A stretch of DNA of 64,000 nucleotides from an uncultured cyanobacterium (lineage in GTDB: Bacteria; Cyanobacteriota; Cyanobacteriia; Cyanobacteriales; CAWCAG01). The position numbers and the translations under genes were made by a program. Positions 41,985-53,663 of this stretch are shown in pieces. Every line of letters begins with the position of its first letter. Positions within the stretch are counted from its first letter, which is position 1. The notes below the pieces were generated by a model. The model was not told the DNA's origin. It made no database searches and worked only from the letters and a program-made list of their open reading frames with translations. The DNA lies in the NCBI GenBank assembly GCA_963803805.1, contig CAWDOD010000002.1, positions 480,001-544,000 on the forward strand, in the 5' to 3' direction.

Positions 41985-42029
41985 AATAACGCAAGAGTAA
42001 AACTATAATTTTTGTCAAGATTTATTGAC

Positions 42030-42058
42030 AAAAAAACGGGTGTAGAAATTCTACACCC
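42030..42058 (-). terminator. Terminator of rplU-rpmA
   Basis: GGGTGTAGA-AAT-TCTACACCC with an A-run on its left (U-tract on the minus strand). Confidence 0.75.
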
Positions 42059-42085
42059 ATTGAGTTTTAATAATAACTTCTACTT

Positions 42086-42361
42086 TTAAGCTGTTACAGC
42101 ATCTTGAGTTGGGGCATAAACGCTGATTTTCTTACGACGCTTATCCTTTCTTTCAAAAGTAACTACACCATCAACCAAGGCAAATAGAGTATCATCTTTG
42201 CCACGACCAACATTATTACCGGGATGATACTTAGTACCGCGTTGACGCACAATAATGCTGCCAGCAGAGACAGCCTCACCGCCATAACGCTTAACCCCTA
42301 ATCGTTTTGAATTGGAGTCGCGACCGTTACGAGTACTACCAGTTCCTTTCTTGTGAGCCAT
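42086..42361 (-). CDS. rpmA: 50S ribosomal protein L27
   Basis: [17 protein letters not shown]-terminus. Confidence 0.99.
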   Translation of the reverse strand: MAHKKGTGSTRNGRDSNSKRLGVKRYGGEAVSAGSIIVRQRGTKYHPGNNVGRGKDDTLFALVDGVVTFERKDKRRKKISVYAPTQDAVTA

Positions 42362-42404
42362 TTTTTTCTTCCTTTAACAAACAATAGGTGACAAATAATA
42401 AGAA

Positions 42405-42791
42405 TTACTCTTCTTCCCCAGAAGTGTCTTGTACTGTATCTGCTTCTTCATTAGCTACAGCAGCCAAAACATCTCCATTCATAGTAATAGAATTAATCAT
42501 TAAGCGGGTTAATTCTTGACGATGGCCACGCTTTTTACGAGTTTTCTTCTTCGGTTTCATTTTATAGACAAGAACTTTACGTCCTCGGCTATGACTCATT
42601 ATTGTACCTTCTACAGTAGCTCCTTCTACTATAGGCTGACCGATAGTTACTTGATCTTCGTGGTTAACGAGTAAAACCTGATCAATGCTGTAGCTACTAT
42701 CTTCTTCACCAGTAAGACGATTGATGTCATAAAAACGACCGGGTTCAACTTTCAGTTGACTTCCCCCGATGGCGATAATTGCGTAAGTCAT
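42405..42791 (-). CDS. rplU: 50S ribosomal protein L21
   Basis: MTYAII...[10 protein letters not shown]; upstream of rpmA. Confidence 0.98.
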   Translation of the reverse strand: MTYAIIAIGGSQLKVEPGRFYDINRLTGEEDSSYSIDQVLLVNHEDQVTIGQPIVEGATVEGTIMSHSRGRKVLVYKMKPKKKTRKKRGHRQELTRLMINSITMNGDVLAAVANEEADTVQDTSGEEE

Positions 42792-43114
42792 GGGATTTTT
42801 GGTAATTTGAGTTGCCGTACAGGTAGCAAAAACATTTGTTTTTACTTTTTTGATGTCTTAAACCCGATCCGAGCAGGAATTTGGAGACACGATCTCCAAT
42901 GATGTTCTATTGATGATAGTAATGTCAAGTAATTTGAGTCTTTCTGTTTGTGAAGCGTTTGGGCCGTAGTAGACATTTTTTATTTAGTTAAGAGGGTTAG
43001 CATTCCGGCTTAAAGGGAAAGGAATTATCACTACCTACATGGTTAAAAGGGAAAAAGACTACGTTAAATTGCTAAAATACTCTCAATCGTTGACCCACTA
43101 AAGTATCATACACA

Positions 43115-44228
43115 ATGGACATATCAGAACTCAAGCGAGGATTAGAAAATACGGCTGAGCGCCTGGGTAAAACCCAGGAGTATCTTTGACTTAGCCGCTT
43201 TGCAAGCTAAGATTAAAGACTTAGAACAATTAGCAGCACAACCAGAATTTTGGGACGAGCAAACTAAAGCCCAACAAATATTACAGGAACTCAACGATCT
43301 TAAATCGGGTTTAGAACAATATCAGAAATGGCAAAGTGCTTGGGAAGATAGCGAAGCGATCGCTGAGTTATTAGAATTAGAAGTTGATGAAACCTTGTTA
43401 CGAGAAGCCCTAAACTCCCTTAATAAGATTAATCAAGAGTTAGACCGTTGGGAACTGCAACAACTCCTATCTGCCCCCTATGATAGCCAGGGTGCAGTGT
43501 TAACCATCAATGCGGGGGCTGGGGGAACAGATGCCCAAGACTGGGCGGAAATGTTGTTGCGGATGTATACCCGTTGGGCAGAACAACAGGGTTATAAAGT
43601 AACCTTAGCTGAACAGTCTGATGGGGAGGAAGCAGGCATTAAATCAGCTACATTAGAAATTAGTGGTCGTTACGGCTATGGTTATTTAAAAGCAGAAAAA
43701 GGGACTCATCGCTTGGTCAGAATTTCTCCTTTTAATGCTAATGGTAAGCGTCAAACTAGCTTTGCTGGGGTAGAAGTGATGCCTAGTTTAGATAACAAAG
43801 CTATTGAGTTAGAAATCCCGGAAAAAGACTTAGATGTTAATACTTCTCGTGCCGGAGGGAAAGGAGGACAAAATGTCAACAAAGTAGAAACAGCAGTACG
43901 AATAACTCATATTCCTACCGGTATTGCTGTACGTTGTACCCAAGAACGTTCTCAACTACAAAATAAAGAAAAAGCCCTCGCTTTATTAAAAGCAAAGTTA
44001 TTAGTTATTGCTCAAGAACAAAGGGCCCAAAAAATTGCTGAGATTCGTGGTGATATGGTAGAAGCAGCTTGGGGAAATCAAATTCGCAATTATGTTTTTC
44101 ACCCCTACCAAATGGTAAAAGACCTGCGTACCAATGTAGAAACTACTGCTATAGATACGGTTATGGACGGAGACATTGATACTTTTATTGAAGCTTATTT
44201 ACGCCAAGAGAATCAGTTAGGAAACTGA
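43115..44228 (+). CDS. prfB: Peptide chain release factor 2 with programmed +1 frameshift
   Basis: ATG 43115, 24 codons, then CAGGAG-TAT-CTT-TGA-C at 43175-43190; SPF and GGQ motifs downstream. Confidence 0.97.
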
Positions 44229-44247
44229 TTTTATTAGCCTATACCCC

Positions 44248-44407
44248 CTACGAATTAATTCGTAGACTCATAGCACAAGTTATCTGAAGATAACTATGAA
44301 GTGTTTTTAAGGATTTTGCTTACACGTTGTCTTAGGGAAAATCCTATAATCTGATAGTCATCTTCAAGATGACTTCAGCTATTAGTCAAGGATTAAAATC
44401 CTTGACT
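44248..44407. repeat. REP/REPIN-like nested palindrome element
   Basis: Hairpins CTACGAATTAATTCGTAG, AGTTATCT-GA-AGATAACT, AGTCATCTTCAAGATGACT and AGTCAAGGATT-AA-AATCCTTGACT, arranged as two inverted arms. Confidence 0.7.
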
Positions 44408-44444
44408 TGACGGAGCTTGATTTCTTCTATTTTAGATAACCCTT

Positions 44445-45338
44445 ATGTCATTTGCTTCTAATTTCTCTTCACCTCAAGAGGTTAAAGTTACTATCCTACT
44501 CATCGGTGGTCATGAAAAAACTTTTTATCTGCCATCAAGTCACCCTCTGCTTGATGAATTAGTTAGTAAGTCAAGTTCCTCTTATTTACAAATTCCTCTT
44601 CAAGAAAATAGGGCAGCACTTTATTTACCCGCAGAACATTTAGTTGGGGTAATTACAGAACCGCCAATTCCCTTAAATCTCAAAAACTCTCTAACAGAGT
44701 TTCCTGAAACAAGCGCAACTTTGCTTCAGGATAAAAGTTGGTCACAACCAGAAATAATTCCTTCCAAATTTGTGCAACTTGACCATTTCTTAACCTCAGA
44801 AGAACAAGAAAAGTTACTTAAATATGTTGTTGCCAAAGAGAAAGATTTTATAGCTAGTAACACTTCCACCCAAGACATTGATTATCGCCAATCTTCAGTA
44901 CTTTATTCCTTTCCTCACTTTTCTGAAGTTGTAGTTTCTCGTATCAAAAAAGTCCTGCCTCAAGTTTGTTCTCAGTTAGGAATTAGCTTGTTTGAGCCAA
45001 CTGATATAGAAACTCAATTAACCGCCCACAATGAAGGAAACTACTATCGCATTCACAATGATAATGGTAGCCCCGATACTGCTAATCGCCTTCTAACCTA
45101 CGTCTATTATTTTTATCGTCAACCTAAACCCTTTACTGGAGGAGAGTTAGTTATTTACGATAGTAAAATAGAAAACAATTTCTATGTAGAGGCAGATTCT
45201 TCTCAAACTGTTGAACCTCGTCAAAATAGCATTGTATTTTTTCTCAGCCGCTATATGCACGAGGTACTAACCATAAATTGCCAATCCCAAGCTTTTGGCG
45301 ATAGCCGCTTTACGATTAATGGCTGGATTCGCCAGTAG
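44445..45338 (+). CDS. 2OG-Fe(II) oxygenase (prolyl-hydroxylase-like)
   Basis: HND...GGEL...HEV...RFTINGW motifs. Confidence 0.85.
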   Translation: MSFASNFSSPQEVKVTILLIGGHEKTFYLPSSHPLLDELVSKSSSSYLQIPLQENRAALYLPAEHLVGVITEPPIPLNLKNSLTEFPETSATLLQDKSWSQPEIIPSKFVQLDHFLTSEEQEKLLKYVVAKEKDFIASNTSTQDIDYRQSSVLYSFPHFSEVVVSRIKKVLPQVCSQLGISLFEPTDIETQLTAHNEGNYYRIHNDNGSPDTANRLLTYVYYFYRQPKPFTGGELVIYDSKIENNFYVEADSSQTVEPRQNSIVFFLSRYMHEVLTINCQSQAFGDSRFTINGWIRQ

Positions 45339-45542
45339 AATTTTCAACCATGGGAACAAAAATAGTATTACCCATTTATGAGAGGAGATTTACGGATATT
45401 CACCAAGATTATTAATGAACATTTAAGAATTAAAACATTTCTGCTGAAATCAGTTTATCTCCTCTAATACTGGTAAAGAAGGCCAGGATAAAAATTATTT
45501 TTTCGTACTTATCCTGCTTAGTCATAAATTACTAGCTTCCCT

Positions 45543-45836
45543 ATGAGCAGTTTGCCTAATTTCTTATTTTCTTTACTACTGACAGCCATTTTTAGTTTTT
45601 CAGCGCCAGTAATTGTAGTAGGTGCGATAGTTGTTATCCCCATCGCAGTTAGCTATATTCCCGGTTTAGCTGTTTTCGGTCAGATTTTCCTGGCTACGGT
45701 TTTTGAATTTCTTGCTACCTTTGGTAATGGTTCCCCTTTACAGGGAATATTGACGATTGCCTTAGCCTGTAGCTTAGTAGGAAGTTTGTTTAATCTTTAT
45801 ACTTTCTATCGCTATCAATATTTCCGTAGTCATTAG
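45543..45836 (+). CDS. Small hypothetical membrane protein
   Basis: Hydrophobic 97-aa ORF upstream of surE. Confidence 0.7.
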   Translation: MSSLPNFLFSLLLTAIFSFSAPVIVVGAIVVIPIAVSYIPGLAVFGQIFLATVFEFLATFGNGSPLQGILTIALACSLVGSLFNLYTFYRYQYFRSH

Positions 45837-45900
45837 ATTGATTTATTCTTTATCCCTTACCCATCAATTTTTAATTGACAGACCCCTCTCTAGTTTGTAA

Positions 45901-46578
45901 ATGAATTTAGTTTTAACGAACGACGACGGTATTGATGCCCCCGGCATACAAGCTTTACAAGGGGCTGTAGAAGGAAAAGGCATAGTGATTGCCCCCAAAG
46001 AACATCACTCTGGTTGCAGTCACCAAGTTACTACAGCAAGACCAATCTCAGTATTGCAACGTACAGAAACTGAATATGCTATTGGTGGCACTCCAGCCGA
46101 TTGTAGCCGCCTTGCGGTTAGCCATTTGTGTGGAAAAATAGATTGGCTTCTTTCTGGCATTAATGCTGGGGGCAACTTAGGAACTGATGCTTATATCTCC
46201 GGAACTGTAGCTGCTGTCAGGGAAGCTGCCATGCAAGGTGTCTCTGGAATAGCTGTTTCCCATTGGATTAAAAAACCTTTAGTAATTGATTGGGATTGGG
46301 CAACTTACTGGACTAAAAAAGTATTAGCAGATTTATTCACTCGCCCTTTGCCTCCTGGAAGTTTTTGGAATGTTAACCTACCTCACTTAGAATCAGGTTC
46401 CCCTGATCCCCAAATCGTCTTTTGCCCTCAAAGTAAAGAACCATTACCACTACAATATCGAATTGAGGGAGATTTGTACTATTATGCAGGAATTTATGAA
46501 AAGCGCGATCGCACTTCTGGTTCTGATGTAGATGTTTGTTTTTCAGGAAATATTGCTATAACCCAAATGTTTGTTTAG
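45901..46578 (+). CDS. surE: 5'/3'-nucleotidase SurE
   Basis: LTNDDGIDAPGI, GTPADC, SGINAGGNLG and SGTVAA motifs. Confidence 0.93.
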   Translation: MNLVLTNDDGIDAPGIQALQGAVEGKGIVIAPKEHHSGCSHQVTTARPISVLQRTETEYAIGGTPADCSRLAVSHLCGKIDWLLSGINAGGNLGTDAYISGTVAAVREAAMQGVSGIAVSHWIKKPLVIDWDWATYWTKKVLADLFTRPLPPGSFWNVNLPHLESGSPDPQIVFCPQSKEPLPLQYRIEGDLYYYAGIYEKRDRTSGSDVDVCFSGNIAITQMFV

Positions 46579-46739
46579 TTTAATTGTACGGGTTATTTGT
46601 AAGGGCAGGGAGTAGGGAGCAGGGGGCAGAGGATTAAAAACTTTATTTCTCGAATTTTGCCATGGGTCTTTAATAATCAGAGTTAGGTATATTGAACGAC
46701 TATTAGCAACTAGCAACTAGCAACTAGCAATTAGCCAAA

Positions 46740-47697
46740 TTACTTCTCCTCAACCTTTAACTCTGGTAATCCTTCTAGCTTTTCCACAGGCCTTTTCTGC
46801 TTTCGTCATGGGGACAAAAATAGTCAAGCTTTGGGGAATACACTTAATGGTAATAGGTGTTTTGCCAATCAATTCTCCATCAAGAACCACTTGCTGAGGA
46901 GGATTAGTAGTAACTTTGACTTGTTTAGCCCGTAGATAACCAATATCATCTCTTTCTGCTGCTTCATTACTAAAAGCAGTTTGTAATAAATGATAGGAAG
47001 CCGCTACAGCCCCAGCCCGACTATTCGGGGCTACTAAAGTTACATCAAGTAAGCCATCATCAACAATAATGCCTGCTGGCCCTTGGGCTAAAATAGACGA
47101 AGGGGGGGCAGCATTGGCAATAGTTATAGCGGTGGCAGTCACCTCAATAATTTTGTCTTCTGTCTCGATGGTAGCTTCAAAGGCTTCTAACTCTGCCAGT
47201 TGTTTGATCCCAGCAAGAACATAAGCTAACATTCCCCAACGGTTTTTAGAGGTGCGAGAGGTATCTTTGACAGTTTCTGCTTCAAAACCTACCCCTGCCA
47301 AAAGTACCATGGGTTTATCGTTACACAAAGCAGAGTCTACGACTCTAGTTTTACCGTCAAGAATCATTTGACAAGCTTCTTCGATTACATCGGGAATACC
47401 TAAAGCTGAAGCGAAAGCATTGGCAGTTCCTCTAGAAATTATACCTAAAGGAATCTTTGTTTCTACTAAAGCTTCCGCAGCAGCAGATAGAGTGCCATCT
47501 CCCCCCGAAGCGATAACAGCTTCAACCCCTCTTTCTACAGCTTCTCGTGCCAGTTGACCTGCATCAATCTCTTTTGTGGTTAATTTAATATCAAGGTCAA
47601 TTTTGGGGTCAAGAAGGGTCTTGATTTTTTCTAAATCTTGGTCAGCATCCCCTTGTCCAGCAACAGGATTGAAAATCACGCAGGCTGTACGATTCAT
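46740..47697 (-). CDS. YegS/DagK-family lipid kinase; apparent indel near 46791 alters the tail
   Basis: IFNPVAG, GGDGT, GTANAFA and DGE motifs; the alternative frame ends PVEKLEGLPELKVEEK* at 46740. Confidence 0.85.
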
Positions 47698-47895
47698 CTT
47701 AATACTTTCAGTGCGAATGAGATTGGGTCAATTGTATTTAGCTGAAACTTTCTTTCGGTCTGTATTTGCAGGCAAGAGCGAAACATCAAGTTTAGTCTTT
47801 AATACTAATTAAGTTAGGTTTTAGGTTAACACTTCCTTAAGAAAGAAGTTGCCTTCAACTCAGTAAATCAAAAGGAATAAATAAATTAACTAAAA

Positions 47896-48462
47896 ATGGA
47901 CAAGGAGTTTAGTACCCAACGCCTATTGCTTCGTCCTTGGCAACCTGAACAAGATGCTCAAGCAGCTTGGGAAATTTATAGTGATCACGAAGTAATGCGT
48001 TATATCGGCAATGGCAAAGTAGAAGAAAGCATCGCTACTGTACGCGATCGCCTGCGATTAAATTTGGATATTTATGATGCTCTTGATAATGGTACTGGTT
48101 ATTGGGCTGCTGTAGAAAAAACAACAGGGCAGCTTATTGGGGCAATTATTCTCAAGCAATTACCTGATGCGGAAGGAATATTAACTCAAGAAGTTGAAAT
48201 TGGCTGGCATTTGCGGCGTAAAAGTTGGGGTAAAGGTTATGCCACAGAAGGGGCAAGAAAACTTCTAGAGTATGGTTTTAGTACTTTAAATTTACCGATA
48301 ATTTATGGGATCACCAGAGCGGAAAACCAGCGTTCAATTCGTGTTATGGAACGCCTAGGAATGATGCCCCAGGGGACAACAGATAAATACTACGGCATCA
48401 AATGTTTGCTGTTCCAACTAAGACCCAAACAAATGACCTCACTGATCACTGAAAATAGTTAG
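47896..48462 (+). CDS. GNAT (RimJ/RimL-like) acetyltransferase
   Basis: TQRLLLRPW, EIGW...WGKGYATE and NQRSIRVMERLGM motifs. Confidence 0.88.
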   Translation: MDKEFSTQRLLLRPWQPEQDAQAAWEIYSDHEVMRYIGNGKVEESIATVRDRLRLNLDIYDALDNGTGYWAAVEKTTGQLIGAIILKQLPDAEGILTQEVEIGWHLRRKSWGKGYATEGARKLLEYGFSTLNLPIIYGITRAENQRSIRVMERLGMMPQGTTDKYYGIKCLLFQLRPKQMTSLITENS

Positions 48463-48586
48463 CTAATCTTAACAAAATTTCCAACTCTTAATCTCTTCTT
48501 TAGCCATGAATCTTGAAGATCGGGCTACTGTTGAAAGTGTAGCTTACCCCCGCACGGGATAGATATTAGAATTGGCGAAGAGTTTT

Positions 48587-50011
48587 ATGAGTAAAAGAAA
48601 TTTCGGTGTAATTGGCTTAGCTGTAATGGGGGAAAATCTTGCCCTGAATGTAGAAAGTCGCGGTTTTCCCATCGCAGTTTATAACCGAACTCCTACCAAA
48701 ACCAAGGATTTCATGGCCAATCGCGCCCAAGATAAAGACGTGAAAGCAGCCTATTCCTTGGAGGAATTTGTCAAAAGTCTAGAACGTCCGCGCCAAATCC
48801 TAGTTATGGTCAAAGCTGGTAAACCCGTAGATGCGGTTATTGAACAGCTTAAGCCTTTGCTAGAAGAAGGAGACATGATCATCGACGGCGGTAATTCTCT
48901 TTACAATGATACAGAAAGACGCACCCAAGAACTAGAAGCTACGGGGCTAGGTTATATGGGCATGGGTGTTAGTGGTGGCGAGGAAGGGGCCCTTAATGGT
49001 CCCAGTTTAATGCCTGGAGGGACAGAAGCAGCTTACCAAAAGTTAGAACCCATTTTAACTAAAATTGCTGCTCAAGTAGACGATGGCCCTTGTGTAACCT
49101 TTATCGGCCCTGGGGGTGCAGGTCATTACGTAAAAATGGTTCACAATGGCATTGAGTATGGGGATATGCAGCTTATTGCTGAAGCCTATGATTTAATGAA
49201 AAATGCTTTAGGTTTGAGCCATACTGAATTACATGAAGTTTTTGCTGAGTGGAATACCACCGATGAGCTAAACTCTTTCTTGATTGAGATTACCGCAGAC
49301 ATCTTTAAGTATATTGATCCAGAGACTGAAGGGCCTTTGGTCGAATTAATCCTTGATGCTGCTGGCCAAAAGGGAACTGGACGCTGGACGGTGGTTAGTT
49401 CTTTGGAGTTGGGCGTACCTATACCCACTATCTATGCGGCAGTTAATGCCCGTGTTATGTCTGCTTACAAAGATGAAAGGGTAGCCGCATCTAAGGTTTT
49501 AACTGGTCCTATTGGTAAGTTTGAAGGGGACAAGAAAGCTTTTGTTAATAAAATTCGAGATGCTCTTTACTGTTCTAAGATGTGTTCCTATGCCCAAGGC
49601 ATGGCTTTATTAAGTAAGGCATCAAGTGAGTTTAACTATAATCTCAATTTAAGCGAGACTTCTCGTATTTGGAAGGGAGGTTGTATTATTCGGGCTGGTT
49701 TCTTAGATAAGATTAAGGAGGCTTTTCGAGAAAATCCTCTTTTACCCAACCTACTCTTAGCCCCAGAGTTCAAGCAAAGTATCCTGGATCGCCAAGAAGC
49801 ATGGCGAGAAGTTCTAGCAACAGCTAATAGTTCAGGTATTGCTGTTCCTGCTTTTAGTGCTTCCTTGGATTACTTCGATAGCTATCGTCGCGCCAGTTTA
49901 CCCCAAAACCTAACTCAGGCACAACGGGATTATTTTGGGGCCCATACCTACGAAAGAATCGACAAGCCCAGAGGTGAGTTTACCCATACAGAGTGGATGG
50001 AACAAGCTTAA
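48587..50011 (+). CDS. gnd: 6-phosphogluconate dehydrogenase, decarboxylating
   Basis: GLAVMG, KMVHNGIEYGDMQ and QAQRDYFGAHTY motifs. Confidence 0.98.
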   Translation: MSKRNFGVIGLAVMGENLALNVESRGFPIAVYNRTPTKTKDFMANRAQDKDVKAAYSLEEFVKSLERPRQILVMVKAGKPVDAVIEQLKPLLEEGDMIIDGGNSLYNDTERRTQELEATGLGYMGMGVSGGEEGALNGPSLMPGGTEAAYQKLEPILTKIAAQVDDGPCVTFIGPGGAGHYVKMVHNGIEYGDMQLIAEAYDLMKNALGLSHTELHEVFAEWNTTDELNSFLIEITADIFKYIDPETEGPLVELILDAAGQKGTGRWTVVSSLELGVPIPTIYAAVNARVMSAYKDERVAASKVLTGPIGKFEGDKKAFVNKIRDALYCSKMCSYAQGMALLSKASSEFNYNLNLSETSRIWKGGCIIRAGFLDKIKEAFRENPLLPNLLLAPEFKQSILDRQEAWREVLATANSSGIAVPAFSASLDYFDSYRRASLPQNLTQAQRDYFGAHTYERIDKPRGEFTHTEWMEQA

Positions 50012-50027
50012 GGTTCTTGAGTTAATT

Positions 50028-50148
50028 TATAGCAATTCTCCGACTTATGAGGTGCGGCTTAGATTCTGGTTTTTTGCTAATAGCTAGTGGCTAGTTGAAA
50101 ATATGGTAATAGACCAAATTTAGGCTACTCAGCTTAAGAATTGCTATA
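50028..50148. mobile_element. MITE-like element with 12-bp terminal inverted repeats
   Basis: TATAGCAATTCT ... AGAATTGCTATA. Confidence 0.6.
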
Positions 50149-50165
50149 GTTCTCTCTCTTTGTAT

Positions 50166-50193
50166 TAGTCTCCCTTGTTGTCAAGGGGGACTA
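50166..50193. terminator. Hairpin between convergent gnd and methyltransferase genes
   Basis: TAGTCTCCCTTG-TTGT-CAAGGGGGACTA. Confidence 0.6.
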
Positions 50194-50293
50194 TTAATTT
50201 CTTCTTTCCCTATTGACTGAAATTTAGAGATTAAACATTAAACATTGTTGGCGCACTTCCATTGCGCCCTGGCTACATTAAACATTTACAGCT

Positions 50294-50919
50294 TTAGGTT
50301 TTAATTACTTGAATTACTTGAAGACTTCCTCCAGCATGGAGACTTTTCTTTTTTTCTGGAAACCAGCTTTTTCTAATTCTGCGATTAAATCTGTTTCAAT
50401 TAACTGCCAAGCGGTATCGGTTTCAAACAACCACATAAATATAGCTAAACCGGGCCAAAATAAAGGGTTAGTTGGTTTGTGTAAATCAATAAAGGCAAAT
50501 ATCCCCCCTGGCTTGAGAACTCGATACACTTCAGTAATAATTTCTTGCAGTTCCTCAGAAGTCATTTCATGGAGTGCAACACTCGTATGCACCAAATCGA
50601 AATATTGGTCTGGAAAGGGCATATCTTCGGCGTTTGCTTCTACATAATTGGCTTGAGGTACATTTTGTGCTGCCCTTTCTAAAGATAAAGGGGAAATATC
50701 TAAACCTGTCACCTGTTGAGAACTTTGCACCAAAAATTGAGTCGTTTGCCCCGATCCGCAACACATATCTAATACAAGGGTATCTTTATTGATAGTTAAC
50801 CCTTGTAAAGCTAAGTTACGAAAGCGCTTTTCTCCTCCCACACTTAATGCCCCTAAGCCAGAGATCGTATCGTAAAGTCCCTGGTATTTATAGCTCAACG
50901 GCCGCAAAAAAGTTGCCAA
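50294..50919 (-). CDS. Class I SAM-dependent methyltransferase; apparent homopolymer indel near 50350
   Basis: VLDMCCGSG and RVLKPGG; the alternative frame ends LHAGGSLQVIQVIKT*. Confidence 0.85.
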
Positions 50920-51030
50920 TTTTCCATCCCCAGTTAAGTTGTGTATCTTCGATCGCTGATTTCAGCTTAAAAAAAGATATATTGTTAAACTTAGTAAAGA
51001 ATTTGAAGTTTTTAGAAAATTATTATCGTT

Positions 51031-52194
51031 ATGAGTCGTTTAGGAGTATTATTACTTAATTTGGGCGGCCCGGACGAATTGAAAGATGTTCGTCCCTTTT
51101 TATATAATTTATTTTCCGACCCCGAAATTATTCGCATACCTTTTCCTTGGTTACAAAAGCCTTTAGCTTGGTTTATTTCCACTAGACGCACTCCTACATC
51201 TGAGGAAAATTATAAGCAAATTGGCGGCGGCTCTCCTTTAAGAAGGATTACCGAAGAACAAGCAGAGGCTCTTGAAGAAAAGTTACAACATCAAGGTCAT
51301 GATGCCAAGGTTTTCATTGGTATGCGTTATTGGCATCCTTTTACAGAAGAAGCGATCGCCCATATTAAAGAAGAACACATTCAAAAATTAGTTATACTAC
51401 CTCTTTATCCACAATTTTCTATTAGTACCAGTGGCTCTTCCTTCCGGCTATTAAAGCAAATGTGGGAAGATGATTATGAACTGAGGAAGATAGAATATAC
51501 AGTTATTCCTTCTTGGTATCAGCATCCTGGTTATTTAAAAGCCATGGCTGATTTAATTGCTAAGGAACTAGATAAAGTTAGCAATCCCAACCAAGCACAT
51601 ATCTTTTTTAGCGCTCACGGTGTTCCGGTTAGTTATGTTGAAGAAGCGGGTGATCCTTACCAAAAGGAAATTGAAGATTGTACTCGCTTAATTATGAAAA
51701 CCCTCGGCCGTTCTAATGAGCATACTTTAGCTTATCAAAGTAGAGTTGGTCCAGTGGAGTGGCTGCAACCTTACACAGAAGAAGCTTTAAAGGAGTTAGG
51801 TCAAAAGGGCATCAAAGATTTATTAGTTGTTCCGATTAGCTTTGTTTCCGAACATATTGAAACCCTCCAAGAAATTGACATTGAGTATCGGGAAATAGCC
51901 ACTGAAGCAGGGGTAGAAAACTTTTATCGCGTACCAGCTTTAGATACCCATCCTATTTTTATCGAATCTTTAGCGAACTTAGTAGAAGATGCGGTCAAGT
52001 CTCCACCCCGTACTTTCGGTGAAATTAGCCGTATGAAGAAGAAGGTGAAGATGTATCCTCCAGAGAAATGGGAATGGGGTATGACCACAGCAGCAGAGGT
52101 TTGGAATGGCCGTTTGGCGATGGTTGGTTTTATTGCTTTAGTTTTGGAGTTACTTAGTGGGCAAGGGCCTTTACATTTTGTGGGGTTATTGTAA
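51031..52194 (+). CDS. hemH: Ferrochelatase with C-terminal CAB domain
   Basis: [34 protein letters not shown] motif. Confidence 0.97.
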   Translation: MSRLGVLLLNLGGPDELKDVRPFLYNLFSDPEIIRIPFPWLQKPLAWFISTRRTPTSEENYKQIGGGSPLRRITEEQAEALEEKLQHQGHDAKVFIGMRYWHPFTEEAIAHIKEEHIQKLVILPLYPQFSISTSGSSFRLLKQMWEDDYELRKIEYTVIPSWYQHPGYLKAMADLIAKELDKVSNPNQAHIFFSAHGVPVSYVEEAGDPYQKEIEDCTRLIMKTLGRSNEHTLAYQSRVGPVEWLQPYTEEALKELGQKGIKDLLVVPISFVSEHIETLQEIDIEYREIATEAGVENFYRVPALDTHPIFIESLANLVEDAVKSPPRTFGEISRMKKKVKMYPPEKWEWGMTTAAEVWNGRLAMVGFIALVLELLSGQGPLHFVGLL

Positions 52195-52298
52195 TTCTTG
52201 GGCTAGTGTTGCTGAAGGAAGGGTTGCGATCCCACTATTTTTTATTGACTAGCCCAAAGATACCTTCCAAAGCAAATGCTATCCTCTTCCTTAATTCA

Positions 52299-52487
52299 GG
52301 ACTTACGCAGCTACACTATATATAGATTCAAAATATAGATTCAAAGGTGCGTTACGCTACGCTAACACACCCTACCAATGTAAGCACCAAGACATAATTA
52401 ATTAAAAGTCATTTTCTGTTCCCCGTTCCCCGTTTCCTGTTCCCTCGCCTTCACCATCAATTTAATTTTGTCCACCTGCTTAAGTCC
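52299..52487. mobile_element. MITE-like element containing a REP-like hairpin and heptamer repeats
   Basis: GGACTTACGCAG ... CTGCTTAAGTCC termini; internal GGTGCGTTACGCTACGCTAACACACC. Confidence 0.6.
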
Positions 52488-52496
52488 CATTAATTG

Positions 52497-53486
52497 CTAA
52501 CCACCAATTTGAGACATGGTTTTACTGTAGATTCCTGTAGTTGTACCAGATTCTCTTTGTTTAAAGTTAATTTCTGGTTTAATTAAGAGAATATCGCGCA
52601 CTTTTTCCCTTATTAGTTTAGGATCTACACCATTACGCAGGGCATTTTTGAGATTAATTTGACCTGTTTCATTTAATAAGCAAGGACGTAACCAACCATC
52701 AGCAGAAAGGCGCATACGGTTACAGCGATCGCAGAAACATTCTGACATTTGGGAAATAAAACCTAAAGTTCCTTTGGCGTTAGGAATTTGAAAAACATCG
52801 GCTGGGCCATTACCTCGGACTTGAGATTCTGCAAGTCCCCACCGGGCGCGAATTTTTTGCCTGATTTCTTCAGAAGGAACCCAAGCGCGATCGCTGAATA
52901 ATTCACTGTTACCAATGGGCATGAATTCAATAAAACGAACGTGCCAGTTACGTTTAATAGTTAATTGGGCTAAATCTAAAACCTCATCTTCATTCACCCC
53001 CGGAATCACCACCACATTCAATTTTAAGGGGTTGAACCCCACCTCATAAGCGGCTTGAATCCCCTCCCAAGTTTGTTGCCAACGGCTTCTACCGCGATTA
53101 CCGATGATTTTGTCAAAAGTTTCTGAATTAAGGGAGTCTAGGCTAATATTAATACGTCGCAAACCAGCATTGTAGAGGTCTTGGGCTAAATCCTTTAGTA
53201 AGAAAGCATTAGTTGTCATCGCTAAATCTTGGGTTTCTGGCAGAGAAGCAATTTCTTCTACTAAATCTACTACACCAGGGCGCAACAAAGGTTCTCCCCC
53301 CGTTAAACGGAATTTGCGAAAACCGACGGGAATAAAGACTTCTTTGAGTAAGGTAATTATTTCTTGGGAAGCAAGTAATTCTTGTTTAAGTACATAATCT
53401 AGTTCTTCCCCTTCCGGCATACAGTATTGACAACGAAAGTTACAGCGATCTATTAAGCTAATGCGTAGATAATCTACTTGATTCAT
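52497..53486 (-). CDS. moaA: GTP 3',8-cyclase
   Basis: [17 protein letters not shown] and C-terminal MSQIGG. Confidence 0.97.
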   Translation of the reverse strand: MNQVDYLRISLIDRCNFRCQYCMPEGEELDYVLKQELLASQEIITLLKEVFIPVGFRKFRLTGGEPLLRPGVVDLVEEIASLPETQDLAMTTNAFLLKDLAQDLYNAGLRRINISLDSLNSETFDKIIGNRGRSRWQQTWEGIQAAYEVGFNPLKLNVVVIPGVNEDEVLDLAQLTIKRNWHVRFIEFMPIGNSELFSDRAWVPSEEIRQKIRARWGLAESQVRGNGPADVFQIPNAKGTLGFISQMSECFCDRCNRMRLSADGWLRPCLLNETGQINLKNALRNGVDPKLIREKVRDILLIKPEINFKQRESGTTTGIYSKTMSQIGG

Positions 53487-53663
53487 TAAAGGTTAGGGTC
53501 AAATTGTGTTTTTATACTCATAAAAATGCTAACGCATATAAATAAGCTGGCGTTGCTTAAGAGTTAAAGAGTGTGATTGCAATCGCTAACTAACTTATAT
53601 TAAAAGAATTAAAAGTACTAATGCGATCGCCAAACAGAACACTTTATTAAAGGAGAGAAGAAT

